Assembly (NCBI GenBank): GCA_963693365.1
Contig: CAVNZM010000010.1
Span: 5,519,794-5,583,793 of the forward strand
Source: Amoebidium appalachense
Taxonomy: Eukaryota > Protista > Ichthyosporea
DNA length: 64,000 nucleotides
Direction: 5' to 3'
Every line of letters starts with the position of its first letter. Positions within the stretch are counted from its first letter, which is position 1. The notes below the pieces were generated by a model. That model did no database searches. It saw nothing but the letters and a program-made list of their open reading frames with translations, and was not told where the DNA came from. This document shows positions 63,819 through 64,000 of the stretch, piece after piece. A program made the translations under genes and the position numbers.

Positions 63819-64000
63819 GTATCAAAACGCCATACGCCTGCACTGGCTCCTAGGTGGGTGTTCCTCCCCCCCCCCCTCCCCCCCCCCCCCCCCCCCAAAA
63901 AAAAAAAAAAAAAAAAAAAGAAGAAGAAGAAAAAGAAAAAGAAAAAGAAAAACAAGAAGAAGAAGAAGAGATAACAACAACAATGATGATGATAATGATA

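Overview
Intron-dense eukaryotic DNA, most likely a unicellular opisthokont or holozoan (inferred from gene content, not established). Almost all six-frame ORFs are artefacts of poly-C/G, (CA)n and (GA)n tracts that fill the introns. By hand splicing I recover: (1) a minus-strand long-type ABCC/MRP1-like transporter with 30 exons at 152-25066, running off the left edge, with 3 GC-AG introns and a truncated non-LTR retrotransposon in one intron; (2) an intronless CorA/Alr1-family transporter (27541-28953, +) with GQN in place of GMN; (3) a Ser/Pro-rich ORF (30195-31175, -); (4) a weakly supported spliced + strand locus near 33.2-37.3 kb; (5) a plus-strand ASPM with 39 exons at 39514-63818, running off the right edge. 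Best leads: a strand- and position-specific simple-repeat grammar at splice sites (poly-C after weak donors, (CA)n replacing the polypyrimidine tract), a canonical CCAAT + CDE/CHR G2/M-type promoter upstream of ASPM, and an IQ array built from 207-nt symmetric three-IQ exons. All exon coordinates and counts are by eye and may be off by a base or two.
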